A DNA stretch of 64,000 nt from assembly GCA_951406725.2 (NCBI GenBank), contig OX597821.1, positions 19,840,001-19,904,000 on the forward strand. Direction: 5' to 3'. Origin of the DNA: Octopus vulgaris (Eukaryota). Shown piece by piece: positions 11,679 through 27,090 of this stretch; positions within the stretch are counted from its first letter, which is position 1, and every line of letters starts with the position of its first letter. Under the pieces are notes generated by a model that ran no database searches, had not been told where the DNA came from, and saw only the letters and a list, made by a program, of their open reading frames with translations. Both the position numbers and the translations under genes were made by a program.

Positions 11679-14224
11679 ACATTGGTTTACATATGCGTGC
11701 AAATATACATTAATATATGAGTTTAGACCAACTCAGCGTGACATTTAAGTTAGTACTGGACATTCTCGTTGCGCGACTATTCATTTCATATCTTAGGGAA
11801 TTATTTGAATTATTATTTGAATCGATGTTCTGCACATCGCCTCATTTAGCAGAATTTTTAGAATATAATCATTAAACGAAAGTATCATTTATGCATTTTT
11901 TCTGCTAATTATCAGCAGATCTGTCTGAAATCTTACTAGCCAACTAAAACTGACAGCATTTTAATAATGTTGTTATCTAATATTTAAATATTTGACATCT
12001 GTTTCAAATAACCGGGAAAAAATGACAGCTGAGGAGCGGAAATTTAATCAGGATATTATATCTGGGAAAGTTCAGCCATTTAATAAATTAATTAATATTT
12101 GTGGTCATTAACGCAACTAAAGGCAATTATAACACACATCCGGTCAGACATACGAACCAGCGTTTATTATATATATATATATATTGACGTGTGTGTAACT
12201 GTGTGTGCGTTTGTGTATATGTTTTTCAGTGTGTGCCTATATACATTTATGCATGTATGCGTCTACATATGTATACTCAATAGAATTAAGTGGTGAATCA
12301 CGATTATCTTATTTTAACAACGAAAATCTGGCCAGGGACTTGAAATGTTCGATCTAGCTGCTAAATGATACGAAGCTTCGATTTATCTGCAAACTACTTC
12401 CTCTTGAAAATAATATACACATGTCTGTAGTCTGCAGACACACGCTCGCGTGTGTGTACAGATAATTTTATGTGTGTGTGTGTGTGTATTTGTGTCTACC
12501 TCTAAAGTTGTTTTTTTCCAACGGTCTCAAAGCGACGAAAATATTTTGACAAGTTAAATTTAAATGTTGAAGTGAATCTAACGGTTTTGTGTGTTTCTTA
12601 AATGGCTTATAAATACCTTCCATGCTGCAATTGTTTTCGTTCCAGCACACGATCTCAGATCAAGTCACTCACTATGCAAGTACTTCTCCGTAATTTCAAC
12701 AATTTTCCAGTAATATTGCTAAGGTTACGCAATATATTTTTATTTATTTTATCAGCAAAGTCATTGGTTGCACATTGGTGGGGCTCTCATATACAGGAAA
12801 ATATGTCAGCGTTATGAAATATCAACAGAAAAGAAATGGTCTCTACTAGGGAAATATGCCGGAGAATTACAAACAACTAAAAAATCTTTGGAATATACAA
12901 AATCACAGAAAGAAATATTTCAAAAGTGTTCCATTTAATATTTTAGTGTATGACCATTCTTCATAATACTCGACAATATGGTTCCCTAGAAAATGCAGAA
13001 AATATCTGGATACAAGTATCTGAAAAATAAAAACATTACAATATGGCGCATTAACGCTGTAAATACCGTGCTTGGTATGATTGAAAGTTCATAAGTTTAA
13101 TGTCTTGAACCTACCATGAGTTGTGTCAATGAACAAGTTTATTTAACGCTCTTCTGGTCTTCTAGGTTTATAAGTCCTACCGACAATCGATGCGTCTACT
13201 GTTTGTCTGACTCTCTCCCCAGCTGTCGTATTCGCCGTGATCTGCTGGGCCAGTTGGGGAATGGAAGAAAACGTGTGTCTGGTCGCGACTAGATAGGTAC
13301 CTAAAACAACTGAACAAATTGTAGTACCAGCAATCAGGCCATACGTGCTTGTGAATAGTGACTACTGTTATTTTTAGCAATATATAAACAATACCTATCG
13401 TTTTATCTTCTACTTGTTTCAGTTGCACGGTTGTAGCTATGATGAGACAGCGCCGCGAAGTGTTTAGCCGTCCAAAATCACCTCAGTTGTCAAGCAATTT
13501 GCAGATCAGACACCACACGCACACACACACATACCCACAAGCACGCACACATACACACACACACATACACACTCACATATAAATAGAACAAACCTATTTT
13601 AGTTTCCACTTGCCAAATTAATTCAGAAAGGTTTCATCTTGATCCGGTGGTATAGTAAAATAGGAAAGAGTTGCCGAAGGTGCTGCGTAGCGGCAAAGAG
13701 ACCATGGTTGTGACTCATGCTTCTTATCCACACAGCCACGCTTGTCTATACCTATACAACATACATACCTAAAACACCAGAGCAACAACATACATGAAAT
13801 AGTATCAATAAGAACTGAAAATTTATAACGTATATTACTAATAATACAGTAGAAAAACACTGCAACACACATATTCCAAATATTTGCACGCGGTTATGTC
13901 ATGAGAGGATGGCATAAAATAGTATTCTGCAACAAACGACAATAAAAATTAATTCATGCCACAGAAAAAGCTGACAAGAGCGAGTCTCAAACAGCAGTAA
14001 TTTGTTTTATTGTTATCCAGATGAGCAAGTAAAGTTAGCAAAGAAGCAAAATGAAGAAAACATATACTTCAATGAATTTTTATGTGAATCCAGCTATATA
14101 GTACTGAAACCATGATAACATAATTGCTTGAAGGCTACGTATAAGTGGACATACATAATACATACATACATGCATACATACATATATACATACATACATA
14201 CATATATATACATGTACATATATA

Positions 14225-14271
<47 letters not shown>

Positions 14272-14330
14272 GTATATATATATATATATATGTATATATG
14301 CATATATATATATATATATGTATATGTATG

Positions 14331-14421
<91 letters not shown>

Positions 14422-16200
14422 GCAAACACAAACACATTTCACTATCTGTATGTTTTTACATTATACATGCGTTATCTATAAATATATACATATAAAGCTC
14501 TCTCTGTCTGTCTCTCTCAACACACACACACGCACACACACACACACATACACACACATACTGAAGGAAACATACATCACCCAGTGCTAATCAATGACAT
14601 ATGCGAAAAAGCAAACAATTTTCGTGGGAAGAAAATATTGATTGAAAATTTCTCTAAGAACGAAGTTAACATTCTGAAACCCGTTTGGAAGTGACATACT
14701 GTTTCTTGCTGTCACTAATGTAAAGTAGCAAATATATTTATGTGTTTCACATATAAACCTTCAGAAATGAGACATGTCTTGCTCAGAGTGGTTACTGAAT
14801 GTACTCTCCTTTAGCAGAAATATAGCAGAGACTAGTGGATTAATACCCTTTCTTTGAGAGACTTGTGAGACAAGAAAATATCGATTCTTATCGTCGCAGT
14901 ATATATCTGACTGGTACGTAACTTTATCAAAAGTGTATAGATTGATGAAATGTAACATTTTACTTACGGAATTTTATCTCACTATATTTAGAGGCGAAAC
15001 GAATAGCTCAATGATTTTGTCATTCCACTATCTTTGGCTTATAGGAATAATAGGTTTGTGTTAAGAGAAAGGCAAAAATCATTCAGGGGATGACATCGGA
15101 TATAGTACTTGTCTTGCTATATTTTATCATCACCAGAATTACCAAAGATAAGTTTCGTAAGATTTGGAGTCCGGCCTTCTATTAATTCTCTCAATCCGCT
15201 GACGTTCATTTCATAAGTGAAATGAAAACTTTATCTATCCGATGAAGGACCAAATGTGCGTAGAAGTGCTTAAAAAGTGTGTTTGGGGCTGTGGTCATTG
15301 TAGTTATACAGCAGGACTTGAACTACAAATACTCGATCAAATGACCCGCTTGACATTATGCCAAATATTGCAGAGTCGAAAAGCGGTTGCTTGGCAGATC
15401 AGCATTCGTACTGATTTTTAGCAGCACTACATCCAGTGAAACGTTATGGATTCAAATTCCGTCGGTATAAAGTATTCATATCACACTTTCGTGTCGGTAA
15501 AATAGTAGATACGTGCTGATTCTTGTGGTGTTGTAATCGACTAGATAAGTCCACCAAAATTTCAGTTCTTGTGCCTATACTACAAATAAACATGCCACGT
15601 CCGATAAAAAAAAATGTACCAATCCTGGATGTCTTAAGATATTTGATTTGGCTCTTTCCGTTCTGGGTTTAACTCCCAAACAGGATTAATTATGTAGTAG
15701 ACTTAGACAGTAGTCAGTTTTAACAACCCGGGACAGGTTCTGGTTTTAAAATACCTTAGTCCCTCTCTCACAATAACAATACTCTCAAAATCACTGTTGC
15801 GTGAAAGACAAAAGTTACAAAAGAAACATTTACAACAGTAAAATATTGAGACTGTTCTGAGAATATATACGATATCAGAATTATACTGTTTATGTAATCT
15901 AGAAATATGATAGAATCACATTCTAAATACAGACGCAAACTCTGATCATTTCATCATACGACGCGCTAGTTGTATTCGCTTGAAAATAATTAGGCACCAC
16001 TTCAGAATAAATTCTATGTAATGAAAATGAAAACAGAAACATATTTCTACGACTTATGCAATGAGAAGAAATGATTAGACATAGCCATGGCTATAAGATG
16101 GTGATTTAATGAAAAATAAATAGCAGCAACAACAACATCAACAAAAACAACAACAGCAATAACAATAATATTGATAATAATAATGATGATGATGATGATG

Positions 16201-16258
<58 letters not shown>

Positions 16259-16998
16259 TGACAAAATAAAACTTTTGGTTGGGTTGATTGATATACTTTT
16301 AATAAAGAAAATTATTTGAGAGTTAATATATATCCACAAATACATTCTTATAAATACGTACACACATGCGTACACGCATGCACACACATACACACACATA
16401 CACATATATCATGTTGTTTTCAAATTAATTCTGGAAGGAAAGAAAAGAAGGGAAATGACTATTTAAGAGTTATTAAATCACAGGATAAAAAAGAAAAACT
16501 AAAAATAAACATAAAATATCCATAAAATAGGCGAGGAAATCTTTGAGCTATCATGTGAATGATAAACTAATATCATAATTAGATAGAAATTTGTATTTTT
16601 TATGAAATGACATTTTATACAGCATCTTCATTATTCTCATCAGAATATTTCACATCTCATCATTTCAATCTACGTCGTTGGTGTAATTACTGCGATATTA
16701 AAAGTACTAAGAAGGATAATTGCTTCTGATTTAGGCAGAAGAGGAGGAATTTTGAGGGGAGGTGTAATGTACGTTTCATTAACCCTAGGAATTGACCCGT
16801 GCATTTTTTAGTCAGTCCTGGAAGAACGAAAAGCAGTCGATCTTGGCGGAATTTGAACTCAAGACGCATGAACTTAGAAGAAATGCCACTAAGGCTTTCG
16901 TCCGACGCGCAAGCAATCTGACCGTTGGGTGCCTTAACAGCAATAATAATATTAATCACAAGAAGAAAAACATCATCATCACCACCACCACTACCACC

Positions 16999-17067
<69 letters not shown>

Positions 17068-17070
<3 letters not shown>

Positions 17071-17370
17071 GACCTGGAAATAGAGGTAATCAGAATGTGG
17101 AATCTAAAGACAGAAACGATTCCTATCATAGTAGGTGCATTAGGCATGATAAAAAAATATTCAGACAAATACATAACAAAAACACCAGGACTTACAAGCA
17201 CATATAACATACAGAAAATTGCACTACTAGGCACTGCACACATCCTACGCAGAACACTTTCCATACAATAACCATCAGAGCATCACAACAAATCACAGCA
17301 CATACCTAAGGCACACAGAGCTGCGCTCGGTAGTGAAGTGAAAGCACGCTATGAAAATAAAACTACTGAA
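17068..17370 (+). mobile_element. 3' end of R4/Dong-type non-LTR retrotransposon inserted in (AAT)n
   Basis: KDLEIEVIRMWNLKTETIPIIVGALG..IQKIALLGTAHILRRTL* is typical of the restriction-like endonuclease C-terminus. Short 3' UTR; (AAT)n on both sides. Confidence 0.88.
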
Positions 17371-17372
17371 TG

Positions 17373-17422
<50 letters not shown>

Positions 17423-18007
17423 TTTGCCACAAGGGCAGAAATTTTGGGGAGGGGATGAGTTTATTACATCTATCCCAGTACCTGTGTTCAAATGTTGTAA
17501 TGTTCAAATTTTGATGATTATCTTTATGCAGTCGATAAAATATGTATCAGTAGAACACTGTATTCGACTGCCCTCCCATCATACATAGTGACCTTGTACT
17601 AAGCTTTGAAAGAATTACCATTATTGTTGCTTATCGCCGAAGCTGAACATGTTTCAGAGGCCTGTCGGTTTGGGCTCAACCTTTCTTCTAAAAGCCTGTC
17701 TTTGTTAAAAATTTTTCGAAACTGAAAAATTTTTAATGGCCTCTTTTGAGCAATCCAGTAAACGAGAAGTGCAATGTTGTAATGAAAGTGAAATCGTCTT
17801 TTGTAATCAATCCCTTGCACGCAGTGTTTCAGACGTAGCAGTAATGTAGTACTTAAAACTATTAACAGCATGGTAGTAACCACGACGGCAGTGACAACAA
17901 CAACGACAACAGCAAAGACGATGTTATGTCAACAAAAAGCTTTCGAAAATTACAAGTATCTCTAAATCCAGCATAACACCACCTCATTAAGTAATAATAA
18001 TGGTACC

Positions 18008-18152
18008 ACCGAGGTCGACTTGGCCTTTCATTCTTTCGCGGTCGATTAAACAAGTATCACTTACGCATTGGGGTCGATGTAATCTGCCCTTGTTTGTCTG
18101 TCCTTGTTTGTCTCCTCGGTGCTTAGCCCCCTGTGGGCAATAAAGAAATAAA
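18008..18152 (+). mobile_element. SINE 3' part (Meta/MESC-like central domain family)
   Basis: CCGAGGTCGACTTGGCCTTTCATTCTTTCGCGGTCGATTAAACAAGTA matches the reverse complement of 63220-63525. Confidence 0.75.
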
Positions 18153-19554
18153 GTAATAATAATGGTAGCCTCAAACGATGATACAAAGAACACTACCAGT
18201 AACAGTAGCGGTAAAATGTCATCCCCAAATATTTCTTTTGCCGTGTTCACAGTTGTCTTCGATGTCATCACTCTTGAGACAAGCTTGCCCATTTAAAAAA
18301 GGAAACTCCTTCCAAAATCACTTTACGCCCTAATTTTTCAAGCTATATTTCACTCATCCACCCCCTTTTCCTAATCATCCTAACTTCCTCAGTAATTCCT
18401 TGCACTCTTACGTCAATTACGTCCCTTTCTCTTAAATCTACTTATTCTCTTTAAGTATCTTTTCATTGGAAATTCATTTCGATTTACGTGGTAAGTCCAA
18501 TAGTATCATATATTAATATTTAGAATGACATTCTTGAACCTCATCATGTATATATAGCGGTTGACTAATACTTGAGACCCTCACTAACCGTACAGGGCAA
18601 ACATCCTGAATTTTAAATTCTAGTTCTATACACACCGTTCTCATAATTTGACTAAGTAAAATGGTAAAAATGAGAGAAAAATTAAATTAATAATTTACAT
18701 ATCAATATTATTTATCTATTGAAACTGCAAGCCAATACTAAAGCACTCTTACACATAAGGCTTTGCTATATTCCCACTGACACTTTCCCTGTATTACTTA
18801 GTCATAGGGATCTGCGATTTGTCATTCGATGGAAATTCAATTACAGATTGTGCCCTGCTAGAGTCAGCTGTTCCACATAACGTTTACATTGAGAGAAGAG
18901 CAGAGCAACGTATGTGACATTTCTTATGACATCCAAATCTGAGTTGAGGGCGGTGGAATCAGATATCTTCAAAATATAGACAAAGCCTGAAGTAGTCTAA
19001 CAAAGTCGATTCGTCTATAGGTACAAACCGAAACACAGGCTTTGTCTGTCACATATATAGGATTTGAAATCAGAACTCAAAGATCCGTAATGAATGCTGC
19101 AGGCATGCCGTTCAACGTTATACTAATACCCCATTAGTCCACCAATATTTATCATTCACGAAATGATGAAAGATAAATTTTACTTAATTGTCATGTGTAG
19201 GGAGATAAATGTCCGTAGACGTTGAATAGAATTACACCGTCCATCAGGTTGAGATAGTAAAGATAGGCTCATCGACAGTCATAAAAAGTTTGGAACGGAT
19301 TATTTTTGCTTCGGTATTTTAGACATAGCAGAAACTTCAAAATTCATTGCATGATATATATATATATATACATATAGTTGGTCTACAATAGTATCAATCT
19401 CAAAATTGACTAAGAAATATGAATTAAAGAGATTAACTTACGAAGTTTTCTGTCCACAGGATCTCCAAGAAACATAATTTAATATTTAATATACATATAC
19501 CTATATATACATGTATGCATTCATTCATACATACATTCATACATAAATTCAAAC

Positions 19555-19598
<44 letters not shown>

Positions 19599-20027
19599 AT
19601 GCATTTATGTATGTACATATATATATATGTGTGAGTGCGCATGGTATGAACCACTTTTATAAGTATTTGATTAGTAAAAAACAGAGAAATTAAGAGATTT
19701 AAAATACATTGGAAGCAATAGATACAAGTCGGTAGCATAAGCAAATGTTCATAAAAGAATATAAAAACTGACCAAAAATTGAGTTGCAAAAGATGTAGCG
19801 GAATGGTATCAATGATCAAAGCCAAAACGGTGCGTTGAATTTTTCTGCTCAATAATGATATAGCAAAAAAACAAACAAAAATACCCCCCACCAAAAAGTC
19901 GAATATTAGTGTACAAGCGTGTTTTCCATGGATATCCTAATTCTAACAGCGCAATTATTTGTTTCAATCTCCGTTCAAAGTTCAGATCATAATATACATA
20001 TGTGTGTGTGCAAGCGTGTGTGTACGC

Positions 20028-20066
<39 letters not shown>

Positions 20067-20149
20067 TATACATATATATATATATACGTCTAAACGTATG
20101 TCTACATTTATGTATATATTTTTATATATGTATATATATACATGTATAA

Positions 20150-20207
<58 letters not shown>

Positions 20208-21051
20208 ATATAGAGATACATAATACATAAATTCATAGATAGATAGATAGATAGATACTAGAGAGATTGATAGACAGACAGATAGATACTTGGGACGCTG
20301 TGAGAATGCTCCATGTTGTTAAACATTTGTGAATGTGTATGAACGTATCTAGACGACCAAATACCAAGTTCCAATGAACAATTCCAGTCATTCACCACTA
20401 AGTTACTCACGTTCAGTAAATTTGAACCTTACGTCAATATTAACAGATACTTTGGTCCTACACTCTGCCTCTGTATATTGAAAAGGAAACTACCCACGTT
20501 GCCATGTGTAGTTTATCAATAAAGAGTTAATCGATAAACTGTCGAACTAAGAATTAGAATGTCAACTATTCGATTCTCGTTTATTACACAACTCTCTTGG
20601 TGAAATTTCCTTTTAGATATTACTAAGTCAGTAAGCATAACTGTATTTAGGAATCAAGCGGTTAGATACACTACAGAAATATTTTAGAATGAAATCTAAA
20701 CATATACATATATATGCACACATACCTACGTACGCAGACATACATATATACGTACGTACCAGCATACGTACGTACATAGTCACAAACATACATAGAGATA
20801 AACAAACTGAAATATATCCGTTTCAGTGTTAACTTAGTTAAGGAAGCTTACCCGTAGGCGGCTGTCCAACTTAACAAATCAGATATCAAAATAATATAGC
20901 TAGTAATTCTTTAAAGCTACTTGACAGAATATATTTATTTGAAGTCAGCATTTTTTCTTTCCTTTATTTTTCATTAAATAATTCATTATAGATCTACCTT
21001 GTGTTTTTCATAAAAATGGTCGTGCTGTGCTATTTCAGCTTCAAAAGTTAC

Positions 21052-21125
<74 letters not shown>

Positions 21126-21228
21126 ATGTATGTATGTATGTATGTATGTATACCTAGACCTCGTGTACATACATACATGCATATATGCATATATGTATAT
21201 ATATATATTATATTATATTATATTATAT

Positions 21229-21280
<52 letters not shown>

Positions 21281-22151
21281 TTTGACCCTATTTACTTGGG
21301 ATTAAATATACTTCGTAGGAAACGTTCAGTAGGATACCTTCATCTTTTCTTACGTTATAGTATCGAAAGTATTTACTTAACTTCTTAACCAATTTTTCAA
21401 AATGTTTAAATCTCGTTTTCCATTTATCCTGATTCACAGTTTAAAACGTAAATCTCATAAATAATAACAAACCATCAAAATTACAAATATGCTCGCTGGA
21501 AGTTGGAATATGTTATTGTTTGCTGAAAGAAAGGGTACGAGTCTTCTGAAAAACACGAACCAAATACCTTCAACAGTCCATTATCTGCACATTGATAAAA
21601 TAGAAATGGTTTCATGTTTATGGCACCAATATTGAGTCTTTTGATTATTTAAATTTAATTCACTTCTGAATTGTGCATAGACAAGATGTATTTCTTAGAT
21701 TTCTGAAGCTGTTATATAGGAGATGCGAATTAGAGGCAAACAAACACCCTTCTAGTGTGTTGCTGATGATAATCTGACTGACTATTATACCATTACAAAA
21801 TGTGGATTTAGAGTATTTTCTGTCAGTATAAGATTGTATTAATCCGCATCTTTTAGAGGTTTACAATTTGCATGCACAGGCATTATATTTAGATATTGAA
21901 ATAAAATAATTGGCTTCATGAAAATGAAATGAGTTCTATGAGAGATGCACATATTCATAGTGATGTGTGTGTGCGAGTGTGTTTGTGTGTGAGTGAATGT
22001 ATAAAAATTTCAAAAATCAATGTAAAAATGTAGTTACAACATATTACAAACTACGATGGATGAGCATCCATATAATCACTTGATCTTTTACAAATAGCAG
22101 TCAAATATTGCTATTTCTAAAAGATTTAATAAACGACATATTGGATGATGT

Positions 22152-22538
22152 TTTTTGGAAGCACTCCGTCGGTTACGACGACGAGGGTTCCGGTTGATCC
22201 GATCAACGGAACAGCCTGCTCGTGAAATAAACGTTTAAGTGGCTGAGAACTCCACAGACACGTGTACCCTTAACGTAGTTCTCGGGGATATTCAACGTGA
22301 CACAGAGAGTGACAAGGCCGGTCCTTTGAAATACAGGTACAACAGAAACAGGAAGTAAGAGTGAGAGAAAGTTGTGGTGAAACAGTACAGCAGGGATCAC
22401 CACCATCCCTGCCGGAGCCTCGTGGAGCTTTAGGTGTTTTCGCTCAATAAACATTCACAACGCCCGGTCTGGGAATCGAAACCGCGATCCTACGACCGCG
22501 AGTCCGCCACCCTAATCACTGGGCCATTGCGCCTCCAC
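22152..22538 (-). mobile_element. Full-length tRNA-derived SINE with 12-bp target-site duplication
   Basis: Minus strand starts GGAGGCGCAATGGCCCAGTG (A box) and carries GGTTTCGATTCC (B box). A-rich tail. TSD ATTGGATGATGT at 22140-22151 and 22539-22550. Confidence 0.92.
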
Positions 22539-22778
22539 ATTGGATGATGTAAGCCTTGGTTCACTGCTCAGAAGAAAATTCTATATGTTATTAGCGCGAT
22601 ACATTCGATCATAAGTCCGTTTATTTAGGGTTGACGTATGTTTAATACAGCATTATTTTACACTCAGACTAAAGAAAATATGAACTTAGCTACTGTTGTA
22701 TCATCTATCTCCACTGTCGAGGTACCGCCGCGATATTGTGACGGATAGATTAGATACACTGTGCCAGTGTATTAACAA

Positions 22779-23161
22779 CTAGCAGTATCGCCCGGCGTTG
22801 CTCAGGTTTGTAAGGGAAATAACTATAAAGCATTTTTAGAGAGTTATAGCCAAAAAATAGCAAAAAAATGGAAAAAAAATTATGGTAAATTTTTTTTGAG
22901 AGTTAAAAATGGTGGAGTTGCGTCCCCTAGACGGTCTGTGGTTTGGGTTCCTGATTCTCGACCCCATGTCGAATTTATCGATTTTTTCAGAACTGGGGGA
23001 ACTTTTCAAAATTTTCGCTGCGTTAGTTTTGAATTATGACATTGGGCTATGTGTGTGTCAAGTTTCATCAGAATCGGTTGAAAGCCGTGGTCAGAGTGAG
23101 GGTACGAGAAAACAGACACACAGAAAACGCACAGACAAACTGCCGTTTATATAGAGAGAGA
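22779..23161 (-). mobile_element. Non-autonomous Helitron
   Basis: Minus strand reads A|TC...hairpin CCTGAGCAACGCCGGG..CTAG|T. Shares its 3' end with 48585-48979. Confidence 0.85.
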
Positions 23162-24399
23162 TAAACAAGCAAACGATGCAGCTGTAAAAACAACGTAACG
23201 ATCCAACAATCTCTTCATGAGCCAACATTCAATATTCCAAACGAACTAACCATCCAACACCTTCCCACTTCTCTGCGAACTCAACTCGAACTAACACACA
23301 AACTACTATTTATAATTGCTCGGTCCAGTCTGTTTCTTGCAAAGGGGCGTCATGAATCATATCATAACAACCATCCTTTTGCGATTTCGACTTCAGTAAG
23401 GTGTGAAATTTATTTTAACTTTTATTTTTATAGCACCTCTTCTTCTCTCACTTTAAAAATTAATTTAATAGCTTTTTCGTTTTTGCATTATTTTTAAGTG
23501 TAGAGTCTTCTTCCTTTTTCTACTGCTGCTTCTACGAGGCTCAATCTATTTCGGCACTGGCACCGCAAACACGTCATAGTAGACTTCCATCGGTATGTCC
23601 TTTTTTTTTCAGTATAACTCGTCTTCAATTGGTTTCGGTATCTCTTTAATTACATACATCACGATTTCTAATCTTTTAGTTACAAAAACATCGTCCCAAC
23701 CTTCTTAGCCATTTTTGTGAATTTGAAAATGAAACTTATCTCTTACATTTGTAGCCTTTTCTATATTTCCTTTAAATATATTACATAATATATTACATAC
23801 GTGTGTAAAGCTTCATGTTTCTTTAAATATCTTTAGTAGAGAGTCCACCCCATAAAAAGTGTGATCAAAGTACAAGATTTGTATATACTAATTTTAGTTT
23901 TCAGACTAACATCATGTTCATTTCACAAATGAGCAAATTTTCCAAAAATACTTGTAGGCTTAGCTACTCTAACATTGATTTCGTCACCAAGAGTATTCTT
24001 AAAATTTACTCTACTTCTAAGTGAACTGAACTCATTGCGACTTCATAGCAAAATCCATACCTGACTGAAAGAAGCAAATGGATACAGCTTCTTTTTTTCC
24101 TGTTACCTTTTTAAGTTTGTCTTCTCGTTCAAACTCTCATACATCGAAACGAACGGGAGTGATCATCAATATACCACATAAACATACTAAAAGAGACTGG
24201 ACAAGTGAATTTTTATCTTGTCCTCCTGACTATACGGAATCGCAAATAAATATCAATAATATCATGAAATTTTTTAACAGAATTGATGTAAAACTGTTCG
24301 ATAATTTTGTGTGAGGTACATTATGAGAAAATGAAAACGAAATGGTCATAACTGGATCAATTTTCCTTTTGAGAAATACCAACATCAGAATTAAAGAAA

Positions 24400-24830
24400 G
24401 TTAATAGAAATAGCCACAAAACACGAACAAAGCAAAATAAAAACTGTTTTCAGTCATTAAGGAATCTCACAAATACAAAAAAGAAGTCATACTAACAATG
24501 AAAGCTGTAAAATAAACTGAAATCCCAACAAAATTGGGCACAGCAAGGGATCATGATAAAACGATGGCAAGCAAAGCCTCTTCACGGCAAATACTGGGTT
24601 AAACTAAACGCAAAAGAAATAAATAAAGCAAAATCGCAACAAAGGATAAGAAACTCAGGACTCAAAACAGAAACTGAAGAATATTTAATTGCAGCGCAAG
24701 ATCAAAACTTTCCCACTAGATATGACCAAAACCATGTAATGAAAAGAAATACAAGTCACTGCAGAATACGTGGAGATGGACAAAAACAACGAATCATATT
24801 GTCTCTGGCTGCCCAGCCCTGATTAAGTAG
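24400..24830 (+). pseudogene. Degenerate R4/Dong-type ORF, C-terminal region
   Basis: WQAKPLHGKY..GLKTETEEYLIAAQDQNFPTR..CRI is typical of the region preceding the zinc knuckle/endonuclease in R4-clade elements. Confidence 0.8.
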
Positions 24831-24834
24831 GAAT

Positions 24835-25860
24835 AAAGAATTGAACAATATAAAATTAACAAATTGTTCCGACAAGACCAGAAAAGGGATTATCATCAGC
24901 TGAAGGCAAAGGTTAACAGCAATGAGATATCAGATGCTGAAAAAAATGGTTTTGGAGAAATATCTGGGATGATGAAAGAAAGTAGAACAAAGATGCTAAA
25001 TGATTGAAGGAATTAAGATCGGAAAAATATAAAGTGAAACAGCAATGTTAGGAAAAAGACGGAAAAGGTAACCGAACAGACAACAAAGATCCCAAACTGG
25101 AAATCCCCAGGATTGGATGGGGTAGAAGTATATTGGCTGAAACATTTCCAAGAACTACACAGAAGAACAGCTACCCAAATGGGTAAAAAGCTCAACAAGA
25201 TCCCAAACTGGCTAACCACAGGTAAAACACTTCTTTGCCTAAAGGATTCCAGCAAAGGTAATGCAGTGGATAATTACCCGGCCTAACACCTGTTTTTCCT
25301 TGTTGTGGAATCTGATGAGAAGAATAATGTCTAATTATGTGTGGAACTTCCTGGAAATGAATGACAAACCGCCAGGAGAACAGGAGTGTAAAAGAGAAAG
25401 CAAAGGGAAAAACGACCAAGTTCTGATAGATTGAAACGTACTGAATGACTGCAAGAAAAAGACTTACAAATATGGGCATGGCGTGGATCGATTATAAGAA
25501 AGCGTATGACATGATACCCCATTCCTGGATTTTATAAAATCTTGAGCCGGTACAGGTGTCTGATAACATATCAAATGTTATTAGGAGATCAATGAAAAAC
25601 CGGAATACAGAGTTAACTTCATATGCAAAATTTGTGGCGTGGGTTAACATCAAGATAGGCATATTTCAAGGGGATAGTGTATCACCATTGCTGCTTGTAA
25701 TTTGTATGATACCCCTCACGCAGATACTATGGAAAGTGGCCTCGGAGACACCTTGAAAAGTGGAAGAAAATTAAATAATCTGTTATATATATGGGTGATA
25801 TAAATATTTTTGGGAAGACCGAGCGTGAAATAAATGGCTTAGTTTCAATAGTGCATATAT
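24835..25860 (+). pseudogene. Degenerate R4/Dong-type reverse transcriptase
   Basis: PNWKSPGLDGVEVYWLK, WLTTGKT, MAWIDYKKAYDMIPHSWI and GIFQGDSVSPLLLVICMIPLT, with stops and frameshifts. Confidence 0.85.
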
Positions 25861-26408
25861 AATGATAACAACAACAACAACAACAACAATAATAATAATA
25901 ATGATAATAATAAGCCTCAGCTTATGGGTAGTAAGAGCTCTCCAGTCTTGGTTGACAATCTTACAAGTGGTGGTGTCTCCATAAAAATATGGGTGGATGG
26001 CTAACCTTAAAACACATACCTAAATGTTGAGTGAAAATATCTAATACATATGTATCAAATAATGGTGTTAATGAGGCTCGAACCAAAGGTGAAGAACTTT
26101 TGCCCGGGAGGTGACCTGTGATTGAGCAATCTGATTGGCATCCAGAGATTGGTTATTCACAGAGGCAAAGAAGAGGGTGGGATAAGGTGCCAAACCGAAC
26201 GGTAATTGAATCCTGGATCAGGAGTGAAAATAGAGTGCCCAGCAGAACTGTTACAAAAGGTTTGCCTCCTTGGCACGGCCAGAATAACCAGGAAAGTATT
26301 AGATAGCTGAAAACAACGGATAGCATGGTACCGTAGGCTATAGGTAGCTAGTCCGTCACGCAGGCAAGACTCCAGGAGTTCCAACAAAACCTGTGATAAA
26401 AAGAAATA

Positions 26409-26466
<58 letters not shown>

Positions 26467-26468
<2 letters not shown>

Positions 26469-27023
26469 GCCCTGATGCAGTACCAGGCAGTGGCTCTCAT
26501 GGCTTCTGATCTTAACTGATTGGAAGTGTTATCATGTACATTGTTTTGTCTTGGTATAAAAGATGGGCTACAGCAAATATTCTGCTCAATACCACAGATT
26601 TGCTTGTCAGTTGTTTGACCTTAACCAGTTGAGCATGTCCCTTAGTGGCTGACGATATGTGCATCTCTGATCACGAGCAGAAGTAGTGGGGGAGCATCAT
26701 AGCCATGTGTTGAGAGGGATTCTTTGGGGTTTGAATAGTTCACCTTTGGAAACACGGGTGGTTCTTTCAACATCCTTAAACAACCCTTATTCAGGGACCG
26801 TTTGAGCGGGATGGGTATACTCAACCTGAAGAAAATTCTAACTGGGCCCCACCTGCAAGGTCATGTGCTGTTTATCTTGATATGAGATCACCATGTCGCG
26901 CACATATGGTTGTGATGCATGTGCCTGGTGTACCTTTATCAGACGGGTAGTCATGATGGGTATATTGGGCTTCGTATATTTTACCCCAGTGTCACTTTGA
27001 TGGCATGAACTGCTCTCTCACTC

Positions 27024-27090
<67 letters not shown>

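Noticed and set aside
13965-14008. HHR-like CTGACAA-GAG..CTC-AAA-CAGCAG-TA
   Set aside because: Both core boxes are altered and helix I is poor, so it cannot be distinguished from chance.
14080-14495. Numerous ORFs rich in YI/IY, CV, HT, LSIY, poly-N, poly-I or poly-L here and throughout the window
   Set aside because: They are translations of (TA)n, (TG)n, (TATC)n and (AAT)n microsatellites with no coding signal.
16792-17067. N-terminal part of the 159-aa ORF with poly-T/poly-N
   Set aside because: It is a decayed SINE plus (ACC)n/(AAT)n read in frame with the R4-type fragment.
17641-17697. Minus-strand GAAACATGTTCAGC with upstream TAGAAGA
   Set aside because: Possibly a very old HHR, but the first box and helix I are too degenerate to call.
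22455-22538. tRNA-like sequence
   Set aside because: It is the head of a SINE bounded by a TSD, not a stand-alone tRNA gene. The same applies to the heads near 44039, 42717 and 63525.
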